Of a DNA stretch of 64,000 nucleotides, positions 19,149-28,776 are shown in pieces. The position numbers and the translations under genes are program-made. The notes below the pieces were generated by a model. It did no database searches. It had not been told where the DNA came from and worked only from the letters and a program-made list of their open reading frames with translations. The stretch's first letter is position 1. The number at the start of each line of letters is the position of its first letter. This stretch comes from a virus: IMG/VR virus record IMGVR_UViG_3300021964_000012, positions 1 to 64,000 of that record; one strand, written 5' to 3'.

Positions 19149-20705
19149 ATGGCATATACCATTAACCTGACAGATGGTACAATATTTGCAGTAGTTGCAG
19201 ATGGTACTATCAATACAGATTCAAGCCAAACACTAGTTGGAAAAAACTATGCTGGATATGGAGAGTTCTTAGATGAGAACTTTATTAAACTACTTGAAAA
19301 TGCAGCCAACACTAGTGCACCAGGAGCACCATTAACAGGTCAGCTTTGGTATGATAAAACTAACAACATAATAAAAGTTTACAATGGTACAATATTTAAG
19401 TCATTATCAGGTGCCATAGCATCTACAAGTCAGCCAAGTTCAAATGTAGAAGGTGACTTGTGGTTTGATTCAACAAACGACCAGTTAAAAGTTTATAATG
19501 GATCAAGTTTTATCACTATTGGTCCTGCAAGCACAAGTGGACAAGGAACATCAGGTGCAATAGTAGCAACAATTACCGACAATCTTGCAGCAGATCATGT
19601 AATTGTACAAATGTATGTAAACAATGTTATCGTTTCAATATTCTCAAAAGACGCTACTTTTACTCCAGCAGTGGCTATTTCAGGATTTGCAACTATAGGC
19701 CCAGGTCTAAACATGAGTACCACAGTATCTAACGCAGTGTTCAACGGAACCGCAACAAACGCTGATACACTTGATACATTAAACTCAACTTCGTTTATGA
19801 GATCAGATGCTGCCACGAGCAACGACACAAGCATAAGTGTTCTGTCAGATACTGGTTTGTACATTGGTGCAGACAGTGACGGTCATATAAGTGTAAGCGG
19901 AACAGATGTAAGATTTGACAACGACACACAAGACGGTGATTTAATTTTCCGTGTCAATGATGGTGGTGTGGTAACCACTGCAATGACCATTGATGGTGCA
20001 ACATCAGTTGTAAACATTAACACAAGTGCAGTAGCAACTGGGAATATCACTGCCAATAATTTTGACACTGTTGGCCTTGTATCAGCTGGTAATATAACCG
20101 CAACAGGAGACGTGTTTGGAGCCACAGTGACCGCGAGTGGTAATGTAACTGGTGGCGCCTTAACTACAACTGGAAATGTAACTGCGTCGAATATGACAGT
20201 GGCTACTGGTGATGTAGCAGTTGGTAGTATTACAAACAACAATGCATCAGGAGTCGGAAACATTGGAAGTGCAAGTGTTGCATTTAACACAGTCCATGCT
20301 CTTGCAACATCAGCACAATATGCTGATATGGCAGAACGTTTCCATGCAGACGCAGAGTATTCACCAGGCACAGTGGTTGAAATAGGTGGGGTAAATGAAG
20401 TTACAATATGTGACACAGAATTAAGCGATAAAGTATTTGGAGTAGTATCTGAACAACCAGCATATTTAATGAATGGTGGTGCAGGAACAAATGCTACACA
20501 TCCACCAATTGCAATGAGTGGACGAGTACCAGTCAATGTTATAGGTTTTGTCACAAAAGGTGACAGATTAGTCAGTGCAGGTAACGGATTAGCCAGAGCT
20601 GGAAACTTGGACGAGCTTTCAAGTTTCAATGTAATTGGACGTGCATTAGAGAACAAAACAAAAGGAGAAATTGGCACTGTAGAGGCTATTGTAAAGATAG
20701 TGTAA
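19149..20705 (+). CDS. tail fibre-like protein
   Basis: 518 aa. N-terminus (INLTDGT...LVGKNYAGYGEFLDENFIKLLENAANTSAPGAPLTGQLWYD) is typical of phage fibre or short-fibre N-termini. Central GN(I/V)TA-type short repeats. C-terminal segment ADMAERFHAD..PGTVVEI...VFGVVSEQPAYLMN...IAMSGRVPVNVIG..KGDRLV resembles fibre C-terminal chaperone-like domains. Confidence 0.65.
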   Translation: MAYTINLTDGTIFAVVADGTINTDSSQTLVGKNYAGYGEFLDENFIKLLENAANTSAPGAPLTGQLWYDKTNNIIKVYNGTIFKSLSGAIASTSQPSSNVEGDLWFDSTNDQLKVYNGSSFITIGPASTSGQGTSGAIVATITDNLAADHVIVQMYVNNVIVSIFSKDATFTPAVAISGFATIGPGLNMSTTVSNAVFNGTATNADTLDTLNSTSFMRSDAATSNDTSISVLSDTGLYIGADSDGHISVSGTDVRFDNDTQDGDLIFRVNDGGVVTTAMTIDGATSVVNINTSAVATGNITANNFDTVGLVSAGNITATGDVFGATVTASGNVTGGALTTTGNVTASNMTVATGDVAVGSITNNNASGVGNIGSASVAFNTVHALATSAQYADMAERFHADAEYSPGTVVEIGGVNEVTICDTELSDKVFGVVSEQPAYLMNGGAGTNATHPPIAMSGRVPVNVIGFVTKGDRLVSAGNGLARAGNLDELSSFNVIGRALENKTKGEIGTVEAIVKIV

Positions 20706-20854
20706 AAATAATAAATATATTGATATCCAGCTATAGCAAAAAAAAATTTATGACGTGGATGAAAATCTAAACTAATAAAACTGCAAAGATATATAACGCA
20801 GGACGCCATAAGCAATAGCGTATAATAAAATACTAATACAAAGGAAAAAACAAA

Positions 20855-21766
20855 ATGACATATAGCTCAGGAAATACCATCTTAGATGATGACTATAATG
20901 GATTCAAAGATGATATAAACACAATCTGGAGCACCGGATCAGGCGATTCTGGATATGGTCAAAGTGCAGTATCAGCAGTAAGTGCAGGATCAACTATAAC
21001 TGCAACACAATGGGGCAGTTTGTTAACACCAATGACAAGTGCTGGTGCACATCAAAACACAAGTTTATCACCCATAGGAAATCCAAGTGCGGGAGATACA
21101 ATACAGGCTTACACAACACTAGCAAGTAATATTACGGCTATTACAAATGGTCGTTTGGATGCCAACGCTAGTGGCACAGACGCCAGTGCAACTACTACAA
21201 CAACCAGTGCATGGAGTGCTTCTGCAACTACATCAAAAACCATAACATTTGCCAGTGCAAACCAACTGCGTTATTTTTTCAACGCTGGTGGTATGATAAG
21301 AATGAGTTTTTCACGCTCAGGTGGTTCTAGTAACACACAAAACACCAGTTGGACAAACCTACTTACTGCAACAGGTACTATTGTTGCAACAGGATCAGCT
21401 GCTAGTAGAAATGTTGCTGGAGTAATCTACACAGGCACTACAAAAATTGGCGGATCAGGCACAGAGGACACTCTAAATACTGCTTACGGTGCAGTAACAA
21501 ACTATACCGGAACAGCAACAACAATTTTGAAAAAATTTACAACTACCTATCTATACACCAGTAACTTTATTGAAATAAAGGCAAGTGTATCAGGATCTGT
21601 CATCACATTTGCAGTTACCTTAGATGATAACGATAGCACAATTGGAACTGATCAGGTAGACGGTACACTAACAATGACAACAGTTGTACGTCCACCATCA
21701 ACAGCCAATCTAAGTGACAGTTGGGGAACAGTAAGTCAGAACAGTGCAACGTGGTCATTAACATAA
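20855..21766 (+). CDS. tail fibre / receptor-binding-like structural protein (S/T-rich)
   Basis: 303 aa, S/T/G/A-rich (ASGTDASATTTTTSAWSASATTSKT). Lies directly downstream of the fibre-like gene. No enzymatic motifs seen. Confidence 0.5.
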   Translation: MTYSSGNTILDDDYNGFKDDINTIWSTGSGDSGYGQSAVSAVSAGSTITATQWGSLLTPMTSAGAHQNTSLSPIGNPSAGDTIQAYTTLASNITAITNGRLDANASGTDASATTTTTSAWSASATTSKTITFASANQLRYFFNAGGMIRMSFSRSGGSSNTQNTSWTNLLTATGTIVATGSAASRNVAGVIYTGTTKIGGSGTEDTLNTAYGAVTNYTGTATTILKKFTTTYLYTSNFIEIKASVSGSVITFAVTLDDNDSTIGTDQVDGTLTMTTVVRPPSTANLSDSWGTVSQNSATWSLT

Positions 21767-21812
21767 AATTTAAAAATTAAACCATACAATAGTTTGCATA
21801 CTAATTAACAGT

Positions 21813-22115
21813 ATGCAAACAGATCAACTTTCCCAAAATATTAAAACAAGATTTAACCATCAACAAGCAAGGACTATTTTGCGTGAAACCTATCAGGCCA
21901 AGATGGTTTTTGCACACAATGGCGGCATGTGGCGTGCATCACCTGAACTGATTGTGTTGTGCAATTCGTGCGAAGGCACTGTTGTGCTAGAAGACATATA
22001 CAATACTCCAGTTAGTGTCGATAGCAATGAATTATGTGACTTAGCAAAACAACGCTGGCAAGAACAAATGAATGCTTGGCAAGCAGAATACAAAGAAATC
22101 TCAAAAAATCGATGA
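21813..22115 (+). CDS. hypothetical protein
   Basis: 100 aa, ATG start. Its stop overlaps the next start (ATGA at 22112-22115). Confidence 0.55.
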   Translation: MQTDQLSQNIKTRFNHQQARTILRETYQAKMVFAHNGGMWRASPELIVLCNSCEGTVVLEDIYNTPVSVDSNELCDLAKQRWQEQMNAWQAEYKEISKNR

Positions 22116-22906
22116 CAGTTGGTGCTTTGATTTTTGCTTTTGATAGCGAGATATCTTACACTAGATTGGCAATGGAATGTGCAAGTCGTGTAATCAAATA
22201 TCTTGATATTCCTGTCACGCTTGTAACGGACAAACACATTGACACAGACGTGTTTGAAAAACAAATCATTGTTGACAGAGGTGCTGATACCAATCGTCGA
22301 TTTTTTGTTGATAGACAATCATCTACAACTTGGTATAATTTTGGAAGATATCGTGCTTTAGAATTGTCGCCATACACCAGAACACTGCTCATTGACAGTG
22401 ACTATATGATCAACAATGATGCACTGCTACCATTTTTTACAAGCTCACAACCTTTTTTGTGTCATAGATCAGTACAGAGTATACATCATGCTAAATCAAG
22501 AATAGAAAAGTTTGGTACCAAAAACACAAACATGTGGTGGGCCACTGTGGTTATATTTGAAAAAAGCAATAGTTTCACAGAAGATGTGTTTACAGTTTGG
22601 AAAATGGTCCAAGAAAATTATAAACACTATGCTGAACTTTTTGGTTTTAGTACAAAACAGTTTAGAAATGACTATGCACTAAGCATTGCTCTTTTATTGT
22701 GCAACGGAAATCTACATCCAACACAGTGTGAAATTCCGTGGCCTTTGTTAAATGTTGATACTGATGTAAAAGTAAGTTATATGGACAACACCTGGTGGAT
22801 CGAGTACCAAGAAAAAAATAACAATAAAAAAATATGTGTGAAAAACAATGATTTACACGTGATGTGTAAAACTTATCTAGAAGAATTATATGCAATACCA
22901 AGCTGA
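22112..22906 (+). CDS. putative glycosyltransferase, GT8-like (GT-A fold)
   Basis: Start moved to ATG 22112 (ATGA overlap with the upstream stop); the track start 22076 would overlap by 40 nt. ALIFAFDSEISYTRLAMECASRVIKYLDIPVTLVTD plus a DxD-like LLIDSDYMI. Paralogous to the next gene. Confidence 0.5.
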   Translation: MTVGALIFAFDSEISYTRLAMECASRVIKYLDIPVTLVTDKHIDTDVFEKQIIVDRGADTNRRFFVDRQSSTTWYNFGRYRALELSPYTRTLLIDSDYMINNDALLPFFTSSQPFLCHRSVQSIHHAKSRIEKFGTKNTNMWWATVVIFEKSNSFTEDVFTVWKMVQENYKHYAELFGFSTKQFRNDYALSIALLLCNGNLHPTQCEIPWPLLNVDTDVKVSYMDNTWWIEYQEKNNNKKICVKNNDLHVMCKTYLEELYAIPS

Positions 22907-22916
22907 AAAAGGATAC

Positions 22917-23669
22917 ATGATAGTTGCTGGTCTCGACGAGCAAGTAGACTATTTGACATGTGCTATCACTCTGGCACGAAGTATAAAATACTGGCACAAA
23001 GATGCAAAGGTATGTTTACTTACAGATGTTGAAAACTATCAAAACAGTGTATTTGACTATGTGGTAAATTTTCCTTATGGAAATACTGGCGGCTGGACCA
23101 CAGATTGGCAAGTGTTTGATGCAAGCCCTTTCCATGAAACTGTCAAACTAGAGGCAGATATGCTGGTAAGTGGTCCAATTGATCACTGGTGGACACTGTT
23201 CAGGAACAAACCTGTCTGGATTTCCTCAGGCTGCAGAGACTTTCATGGTCAAACTGCAAAAAATCGACACTATCGCAAAATCTTTGATCAGAATAACCTT
23301 CCAGATGTTTATAATGCCATAACATATTGGAGAGTGAGCAGAGAAGCACAAAACTTTTTTTATCAGACAAGGCAAATCTTTGAACAATGGGATTCAGTAA
23401 AAACTATGATACAGGGTGCTCAAGACGAAATAGCCAGCACAGATCTAGTTTATGCTTTGGGTGCAGATGAATTTGTTACACCTGGTGTAGGTCCGCAGAT
23501 TGTTCATATGAAGTCGCACATAATTGGAACCAGTGCAGAAGATTGGAGTAAAGAACTAGTTTGGGAAGTGATTGATGGAGTGTTACGTATCAACGGACAT
23601 AATCAAACTGGAATCGTACACTATAATCAAAAACACCTAGCCAAAAATTTTGGAGACTATTATGGATGA
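22917..23669 (+). CDS. putative glycosyltransferase-like protein, paralogue of 22112-22906
   Basis: Start moved to ATG 22917 (AAAGGA SD, no overlap). MIVAGLDEQVDYLTCAITLARSIKYWHKDAKVCLLTD aligns with the N-terminus of the upstream gene. The DxD position reads EADMLV. Confidence 0.45.
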   Translation: MIVAGLDEQVDYLTCAITLARSIKYWHKDAKVCLLTDVENYQNSVFDYVVNFPYGNTGGWTTDWQVFDASPFHETVKLEADMLVSGPIDHWWTLFRNKPVWISSGCRDFHGQTAKNRHYRKIFDQNNLPDVYNAITYWRVSREAQNFFYQTRQIFEQWDSVKTMIQGAQDEIASTDLVYALGADEFVTPGVGPQIVHMKSHIIGTSAEDWSKELVWEVIDGVLRINGHNQTGIVHYNQKHLAKNFGDYYG

Positions 23670-24009
23670 AGATGTATTTGCAATTTTTAATCGTTTGATA
23701 GCCGATATAGAAAAAAATAAGGTTGACTATGAGTACAGATTATACTATAATAAAGAAACATGTGAGCCTCTTTTTTATACCATGGATGATAAATCTCAAG
23801 GTGATTATATTGTAGTCTCGAAAGAACAATATACCGAAGGACGTTATGATGTCAGGATACGTAACGGCATTATTGAAAAATTAGTGGATGCCGAAGTTTG
23901 GACCAAACTTGTACCAAGCAATGAAGGAACAACTACTAGAGCAGACAACGTGATGATTATAGATCAAAATGGTTCATTTAAATGGAAAATTAAAAGCTAC
24001 TATCAATAA
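23662..24009 (+). CDS. hypothetical protein
   Basis: The track start 23650 is TTG. ATG 23662 gives an 8-nt overlap with the upstream stop (ATGGATGA). 115 aa. Confidence 0.5.
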   Translation: MDEDVFAIFNRLIADIEKNKVDYEYRLYYNKETCEPLFYTMDDKSQGDYIVVSKEQYTEGRYDVRIRNGIIEKLVDAEVWTKLVPSNEGTTTRADNVMIIDQNGSFKWKIKSYYQ

Positions 24010-24036
24010 TTAAGGTGCAGGGGAAAAGTAAAAACA

Positions 24037-24966
24037 ATGAACAAAACTGTTGACGTGGCTGATATAGATTGTGTATATTTAAGCTACGATGAACCCAAGA
24101 AAGAAGAATTTTGGGTAAAAATCCGCAACATAGTGCCATGGGCAAAACGTGTTGATGGAGTAAAAGGTTCAGACGCCGCACACAAAGCTGCCGCTGAAGC
24201 CAGTGATACAGAACGTTTTATATTGATTGATGGTGACAATCTACCTGAAGAAAATTTTTTCAACGAAACCTTAGAATACAAAACTGAACAATATGAACAT
24301 GCCGTATATAGATGGCGTGCCCGTAACGATATCAATGGATTGATGTACGGCAATGGTGGTATAAGCTCGTGGACAAAAACATTTGTACGTAACATGCGTA
24401 CACACGAAGCCTCAGAAGGTGCAGATGACACTGACGTTGAGTTTTGCTTTGATGATCTATATTGGCCAATGTACAACTGTTACTCAACTACATACCCCGG
24501 AGAAAGTGCAAAGCATGCTTTTCGTGCGGGCTTTAGAGAAGGCGTAAAAATGTGCCTTGATAGAGGTACAAAGCCTAGTGCAAGTGAATTCAAAGAACGT
24601 GTACACAACAGGAACTTGGACCATTTAACCATCTGGCACAATGTAGGCGCAGATACTGAACATGGATTGTGGGCAATTGCAGGATCAAGGTTAGGCACAT
24701 GGAAAACCATGCTCAGTGATTGGGATTACAAACAGGTGCAAGACTTTGCTTTACTTGAAGATATGTGGAATGATGTTAAACATATACCTCCTGGAGAACT
24801 TGTTACTATAAAGGCAGAAGATCTAGCAAGACAATTAGCACTTCCTATGAACATATATACTCCGATACAAAGTAAGTTTTTTAAACACCATTATAGAAGT
24901 AATTGGCACAACAAAACAATTATGACTCGCGAAATAGACATAATTAAACAACAAGAGGGTTGGTAA
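24037..24966 (+). CDS. putative GT-A-like glycosyltransferase (DGD motif)
   Basis: 309 aa. DCVYLSYDEPKKEEFW...RVDGVKGSDAAHKAAAEASDTERFILIDGDNLP aligns with the C-terminal half of the 662-aa protein at 44248-46236 (LDIVFISNDESNAEKNW...RVDGVKGRAEAYRASLEASNTDW). Confidence 0.4.
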   Translation: MNKTVDVADIDCVYLSYDEPKKEEFWVKIRNIVPWAKRVDGVKGSDAAHKAAAEASDTERFILIDGDNLPEENFFNETLEYKTEQYEHAVYRWRARNDINGLMYGNGGISSWTKTFVRNMRTHEASEGADDTDVEFCFDDLYWPMYNCYSTTYPGESAKHAFRAGFREGVKMCLDRGTKPSASEFKERVHNRNLDHLTIWHNVGADTEHGLWAIAGSRLGTWKTMLSDWDYKQVQDFALLEDMWNDVKHIPPGELVTIKAEDLARQLALPMNIYTPIQSKFFKHHYRSNWHNKTIMTREIDIIKQQEGW

Positions 24967-25503
24967 ATGCTAGAAGCAGTTAAATTAAATTATGATATAG
25001 ACATATTCACACGTGCAGATTATCAAGTACATAGTGGTAGCTGTATTAGTCATCAGGTACATGAATTGAAAGATATACACGAAAAATTTGGAGGCTTTCC
25101 AGATAGTTATGATATGGGTAATACTCTTATTAGACAACTATGGTGGACTAGAGAACAAGTAGACTTTGAAGAAATAGGAAAGCAATTGGGAATAGAGGTT
25201 GTAACGATAAGCAGTATTTTACAACCCCCAGGCAACATTATACCAGTACACCGAGATACATTCTTTCAAATTAAAAAAGCACATCCTGATGATACTAGAT
25301 TAAAAATAAGAGCAAATATATACTTGCAAGACTGGTCCATTGGTGAGTTTCTGCAATACGAAAAAGATAACGAATGGCATAATTCAACACATTGGAAAGC
25401 AGGCGAAGGTTGGATTTGGGATAGCGACCATTTACATCTAAGTGCTAATGCCGGAATGAGAGACAAATATACACTACAGGTAAGCGGTTTTTATATCAGA
25501 TGA
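24967..25503 (+). CDS. cupin / 2OG-Fe(II) oxygenase-like protein (AspH/LpxO-like)
   Basis: 178 aa. HxD (IIPVHRDT) and a distal His (WDSDHLHLSANAG) are spaced as in cupin-type hydroxylases. TAAATG junction upstream and ATGA junction downstream. Confidence 0.35.
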   Translation: MLEAVKLNYDIDIFTRADYQVHSGSCISHQVHELKDIHEKFGGFPDSYDMGNTLIRQLWWTREQVDFEEIGKQLGIEVVTISSILQPPGNIIPVHRDTFFQIKKAHPDDTRLKIRANIYLQDWSIGEFLQYEKDNEWHNSTHWKAGEGWIWDSDHLHLSANAGMRDKYTLQVSGFYIR

Positions 25504-26510
25504 ATATTATTGTAAAAAGCAGTAATAACCATATCTGGAATCTTAATGAAATATATTCTAATATTGATACTGCTATGCTTCATAATCAAGATATTACTCT
25601 CGACTTAAACTACGAAGGTCCTGATATTTCGAATACTGAGCTCGAAAATTATATTATGCACTGTGCAAATTTACACAATTATAATCCATCAAGGATATCG
25701 GTACAAACTTCAAATCAAGTACAGAAACATGACGTTTTTAAAATTGATATACACTCGCCAATTTATATAAAAGAAATTGCAAAAGAATACGAACACACTT
25801 ATGACAAAGATATTATTAAACATTTTGGTATGTTTATAGGAAGAAGTAATGCACCAAGACTTGACTTAGCAAGTTACTTATATTATGCTGGATTTCGTGA
25901 TCAAAGTTATCTTACATACCATTATAATGTGCAAAGCCAATATCATAGAGAAAATATAGGTATTGAAGAATTGTTAATTGACTTTAACCACACAGATTTA
26001 GATATTCCGGCACTTTTTTTAAACAAATGTCCAATTGCAAGTGCTATAGTTGAGCCACAAACAAACATAGATTTATGTCATTGTCAACAGTTATTACAAA
26101 ACGATAATAAAAATTTCTTACAAAATTATCATAACTTTTTTGTTGAAATTGTTTGCGAAACCTGTTATACTGGTAATACGTTTTTCCCAACAGAAAAAAC
26201 TTGGCGACCAATATTACTTAAAACTCCTTTTATTATACAAGGACCACAATGGTACTTGCACAGATTAAAAGATATGGGTTTTAAAACATTCAGTGATTGG
26301 TGGGACGAAGGTTACAGCGAAGATCCTGCTTCTTGGCAACCTACAGAAATTAAAAAAGTTATAAGTTCTATTAGTGAACTAGGGATTACTAACTTACAAG
26401 AAATGTATAGAGAAATGCAGCCAGTACTTGAACATAATAAAAAAAGGTTTTTAGAACTTACGAGCAACGATTTTGACATATTTAAAAATGACAAATATCA
26501 AACAAAATAA
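25500..26510 (+). CDS. putative glycosyltransferase, TEK-motif family (fucosyltransferase-like C-terminal motif)
   Basis: 336 aa. C-terminal block VEIVCET...PTEKTWRPILLKTPFIIQGPQWYLHRLKDMGFKTFSDWWDEGYSED is shared with three other ORFs in the window and is reminiscent of the GT10-type ..E(N)S...(Y)xTEK motif. Confidence 0.45.
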   Translation: MNIIVKSSNNHIWNLNEIYSNIDTAMLHNQDITLDLNYEGPDISNTELENYIMHCANLHNYNPSRISVQTSNQVQKHDVFKIDIHSPIYIKEIAKEYEHTYDKDIIKHFGMFIGRSNAPRLDLASYLYYAGFRDQSYLTYHYNVQSQYHRENIGIEELLIDFNHTDLDIPALFLNKCPIASAIVEPQTNIDLCHCQQLLQNDNKNFLQNYHNFFVEIVCETCYTGNTFFPTEKTWRPILLKTPFIIQGPQWYLHRLKDMGFKTFSDWWDEGYSEDPASWQPTEIKKVISSISELGITNLQEMYREMQPVLEHNKKRFLELTSNDFDIFKNDKYQTK

Positions 26511-27927
26511 AGGTGATGGTGTTGATGAGAACTTCAAAAGTGATTTCTTATCAGATGCAGAACGTGCTGAACAAAAGTTAAATACTGTATCACCAAGTTT
26601 TTGTTTAGCTAAATGGAAGCAACTTAGTTTGCATTTAACAACTGGTATGAATAATAGTTGTTATCATCCTCCATTGCATAGGGCAGATGCAAACGCAATC
26701 AGAGACAATCCTAGTGCATTGCATAACACAGAACACAAAAAACAACAACGTAAATTGATGTTGGAAGGTACGCGACCCACTGAGTGTAGTTACTGCTGGG
26801 CTATGGAAGACAATGGTAAACTCAGTGACAGACACTATCGTTCAGGTGAGCCTTGGGCAATTAAAGACTTTGAAACTATAAAAAATTCTTCATGGGATCA
26901 AGATATTACTCCTAGTTATGTTGAAGTAGATTTTAATAGTGCATGTAATCTCAGTTGCAGTTATTGTTCTCCCCAGTATAGTTCAACATGGATGAAAGAA
27001 ACACAACGTGAAGGTGCATGGCCAACATCAACACCACACAATGATCCTAGTCACTTTGTAGGAGAACGCAGGCCCATACCTGCAAGAGAACACAATCCAT
27101 ATGTAGAAGCATTTTGGGAGTGGTGGCCTACACTTTATCCAGAACTTGAACATTTTAGAATGACCGGTGGCGAACCAATGATGGATAAAAACACATATCG
27201 TGTTTTTGATTACGTGCTACAAAATCCTTCGCAAAAGTTACATTTAAGTACAACTTCAAATTTCAGTGTAGAAGAAAAACTTTGGCAACGTTACAAAGCA
27301 TATGTCACTATGCTTTGCGAAAGTCCAGGTACAGTTGAACATTTTATGCAATATGTGAGTCTGGACGGTATGTTTAAGCCAGCAGAATACATGCGTCATG
27401 GTTTAGATTTTAATTTGCTCTGGGATCGAGTAAATCAATTTTTGAACGACATACCAGAACGCAGTAGTATCACTTTTATAATTACTATGAATAATCTTAG
27501 TGTAACCACACTGAAGAATCTGTTTGCTGGTATACTTGGACTTAGGCAAATATACAGTAACACCTATCAACGTGTATGGTTTGATACACCTGTACTACGT
27601 ACACCTACCTGGCAGAGTTTGCAGTTATTGCCAGAAAGTTATGTATATGAACTTGAGCTTTGCAAGACGTGGATGAATGATCAATTAGAAAAACCTGAAA
27701 CACGTTTTAAAGGATTTAAAGATTACGAAGTTAACAGGCTAGACAGAGACATTGCTTGGATGCGTAACGGACAACATCTCGATCCTGTCTATATTAACAA
27801 AAACAAAGCAGACTTCTACAGGTTTTTTAACGAACACGATAGACGTAGAGGCACAGACTTTTTAAAAACTTTTCCTGAAATGTCATCTTGGTGGGAAGAG
27901 TGCAAATATTTGGCTAGTAAACAATAA
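26488..27927 (+). CDS. radical SAM enzyme with N-terminal SPASM/twitch-like Cys motif (long subtype)
   Basis: The track start 26473 is TTG; ATG 26488 chosen. CNLSCSYCSP (CxxxCxxC), GGEPMM. N-terminal FCLAKW..(14)..SCYHP ... CSYCWAMEDNG. Paralogous to 29812-31170 along the whole length. Confidence 0.8.
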   Translation: MTNIKQNKGDGVDENFKSDFLSDAERAEQKLNTVSPSFCLAKWKQLSLHLTTGMNNSCYHPPLHRADANAIRDNPSALHNTEHKKQQRKLMLEGTRPTECSYCWAMEDNGKLSDRHYRSGEPWAIKDFETIKNSSWDQDITPSYVEVDFNSACNLSCSYCSPQYSSTWMKETQREGAWPTSTPHNDPSHFVGERRPIPAREHNPYVEAFWEWWPTLYPELEHFRMTGGEPMMDKNTYRVFDYVLQNPSQKLHLSTTSNFSVEEKLWQRYKAYVTMLCESPGTVEHFMQYVSLDGMFKPAEYMRHGLDFNLLWDRVNQFLNDIPERSSITFIITMNNLSVTTLKNLFAGILGLRQIYSNTYQRVWFDTPVLRTPTWQSLQLLPESYVYELELCKTWMNDQLEKPETRFKGFKDYEVNRLDRDIAWMRNGQHLDPVYINKNKADFYRFFNEHDRRRGTDFLKTFPEMSSWWEECKYLASKQ

Positions 27928-27942
27928 GCGATAACTACATTT

Positions 27943-28776
27943 ATGAAAGTTATAGTTACAGGATCCGGTGGTTTCTTAGGAAGCCACACAGTAAAATATT
28001 TCCGCAATAAAGGTCACGAAGTCACTGCATTTACACAAGATGTACGTCGTAACCTGCCTTACGAAAACTTTGATTGTTTGTGTCATTTTGCTGCCTATGT
28101 TGGTGGACGTAAAGGTATTGATAATAATAAATGGCTTATTACTGAAAATATAGAAATTGATAGAATTACATTTAGATGGGCTGAAGAATGGTGTAAGAAA
28201 ATAATCTATCCTAGCAGTTGTGCGGCCTATCCTCTGCACCTACAAGAAATGCCTGACACACCGATGCAAGAAGAACAGTTTGGAAGTAGTAAAACTTTTG
28301 ACATATACGGGCTTGCTAAAGTTGTTGCAGAAAGTATGCTTAAAACATTACACATTCCTGTACACGTCATGCGACCTTTTAGCATATACGGCCCTGGACA
28401 AGACTTGGATTATCCGATACCTGCAATAATACAAAGAGCAAAGAAAGGTGAGTGTAGTGTGTGGGGAAGTGGTACACAAACAAGAGACTGGGTTTACATA
28501 GATGATGCACTGAAAATATTTGAATACCTACTACACAAACAAGAATCTACTACAGTAAATATTGCAACAGGCAAAGCAATAACATTCAAAGAAATAGCAG
28601 AAACAGTATATAAGTTAATGCATGGTGTAAAAATTCCTGTGAAGACACAAACAGACCAACCCGAAGGTGCTGGACATAGGGTTGGTAGCACTGAGCGTAT
28701 GAGCAGTCTTGGGCTGAGATGTGATATACCAATTGAATACGGAATTAGAAAGATGATCGAATGGTCACAAGAATAG
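27943..28776 (+). CDS. NAD-dependent sugar epimerase/dehydratase (extended SDR)
   Basis: 277 aa. Rossmann motif VTGSGGFLGSH, catalytic SS...YGLAK (YxxxK). Confidence 0.8.
   Translation: MKVIVTGSGGFLGSHTVKYFRNKGHEVTAFTQDVRRNLPYENFDCLCHFAAYVGGRKGIDNNKWLITENIEIDRITFRWAEEWCKKIIYPSSCAAYPLHLQEMPDTPMQEEQFGSSKTFDIYGLAKVVAESMLKTLHIPVHVMRPFSIYGPGQDLDYPIPAIIQRAKKGECSVWGSGTQTRDWVYIDDALKIFEYLLHKQESTTVNIATGKAITFKEIAETVYKLMHGVKIPVKTQTDQPEGAGHRVGSTERMSSLGLRCDIPIEYGIRKMIEWSQE

Noticed and set aside
19883-20815. 310-aa minus-strand ORF antisense to the tail-fibre-like gene.
   Set aside because: It mirrors the low-complexity T/V/A/G repeat region of the fibre gene. It has no SD and runs through the fibre stop into AT-rich spacer. 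A long shadow ORF is expected opposite repeat-rich sequence.
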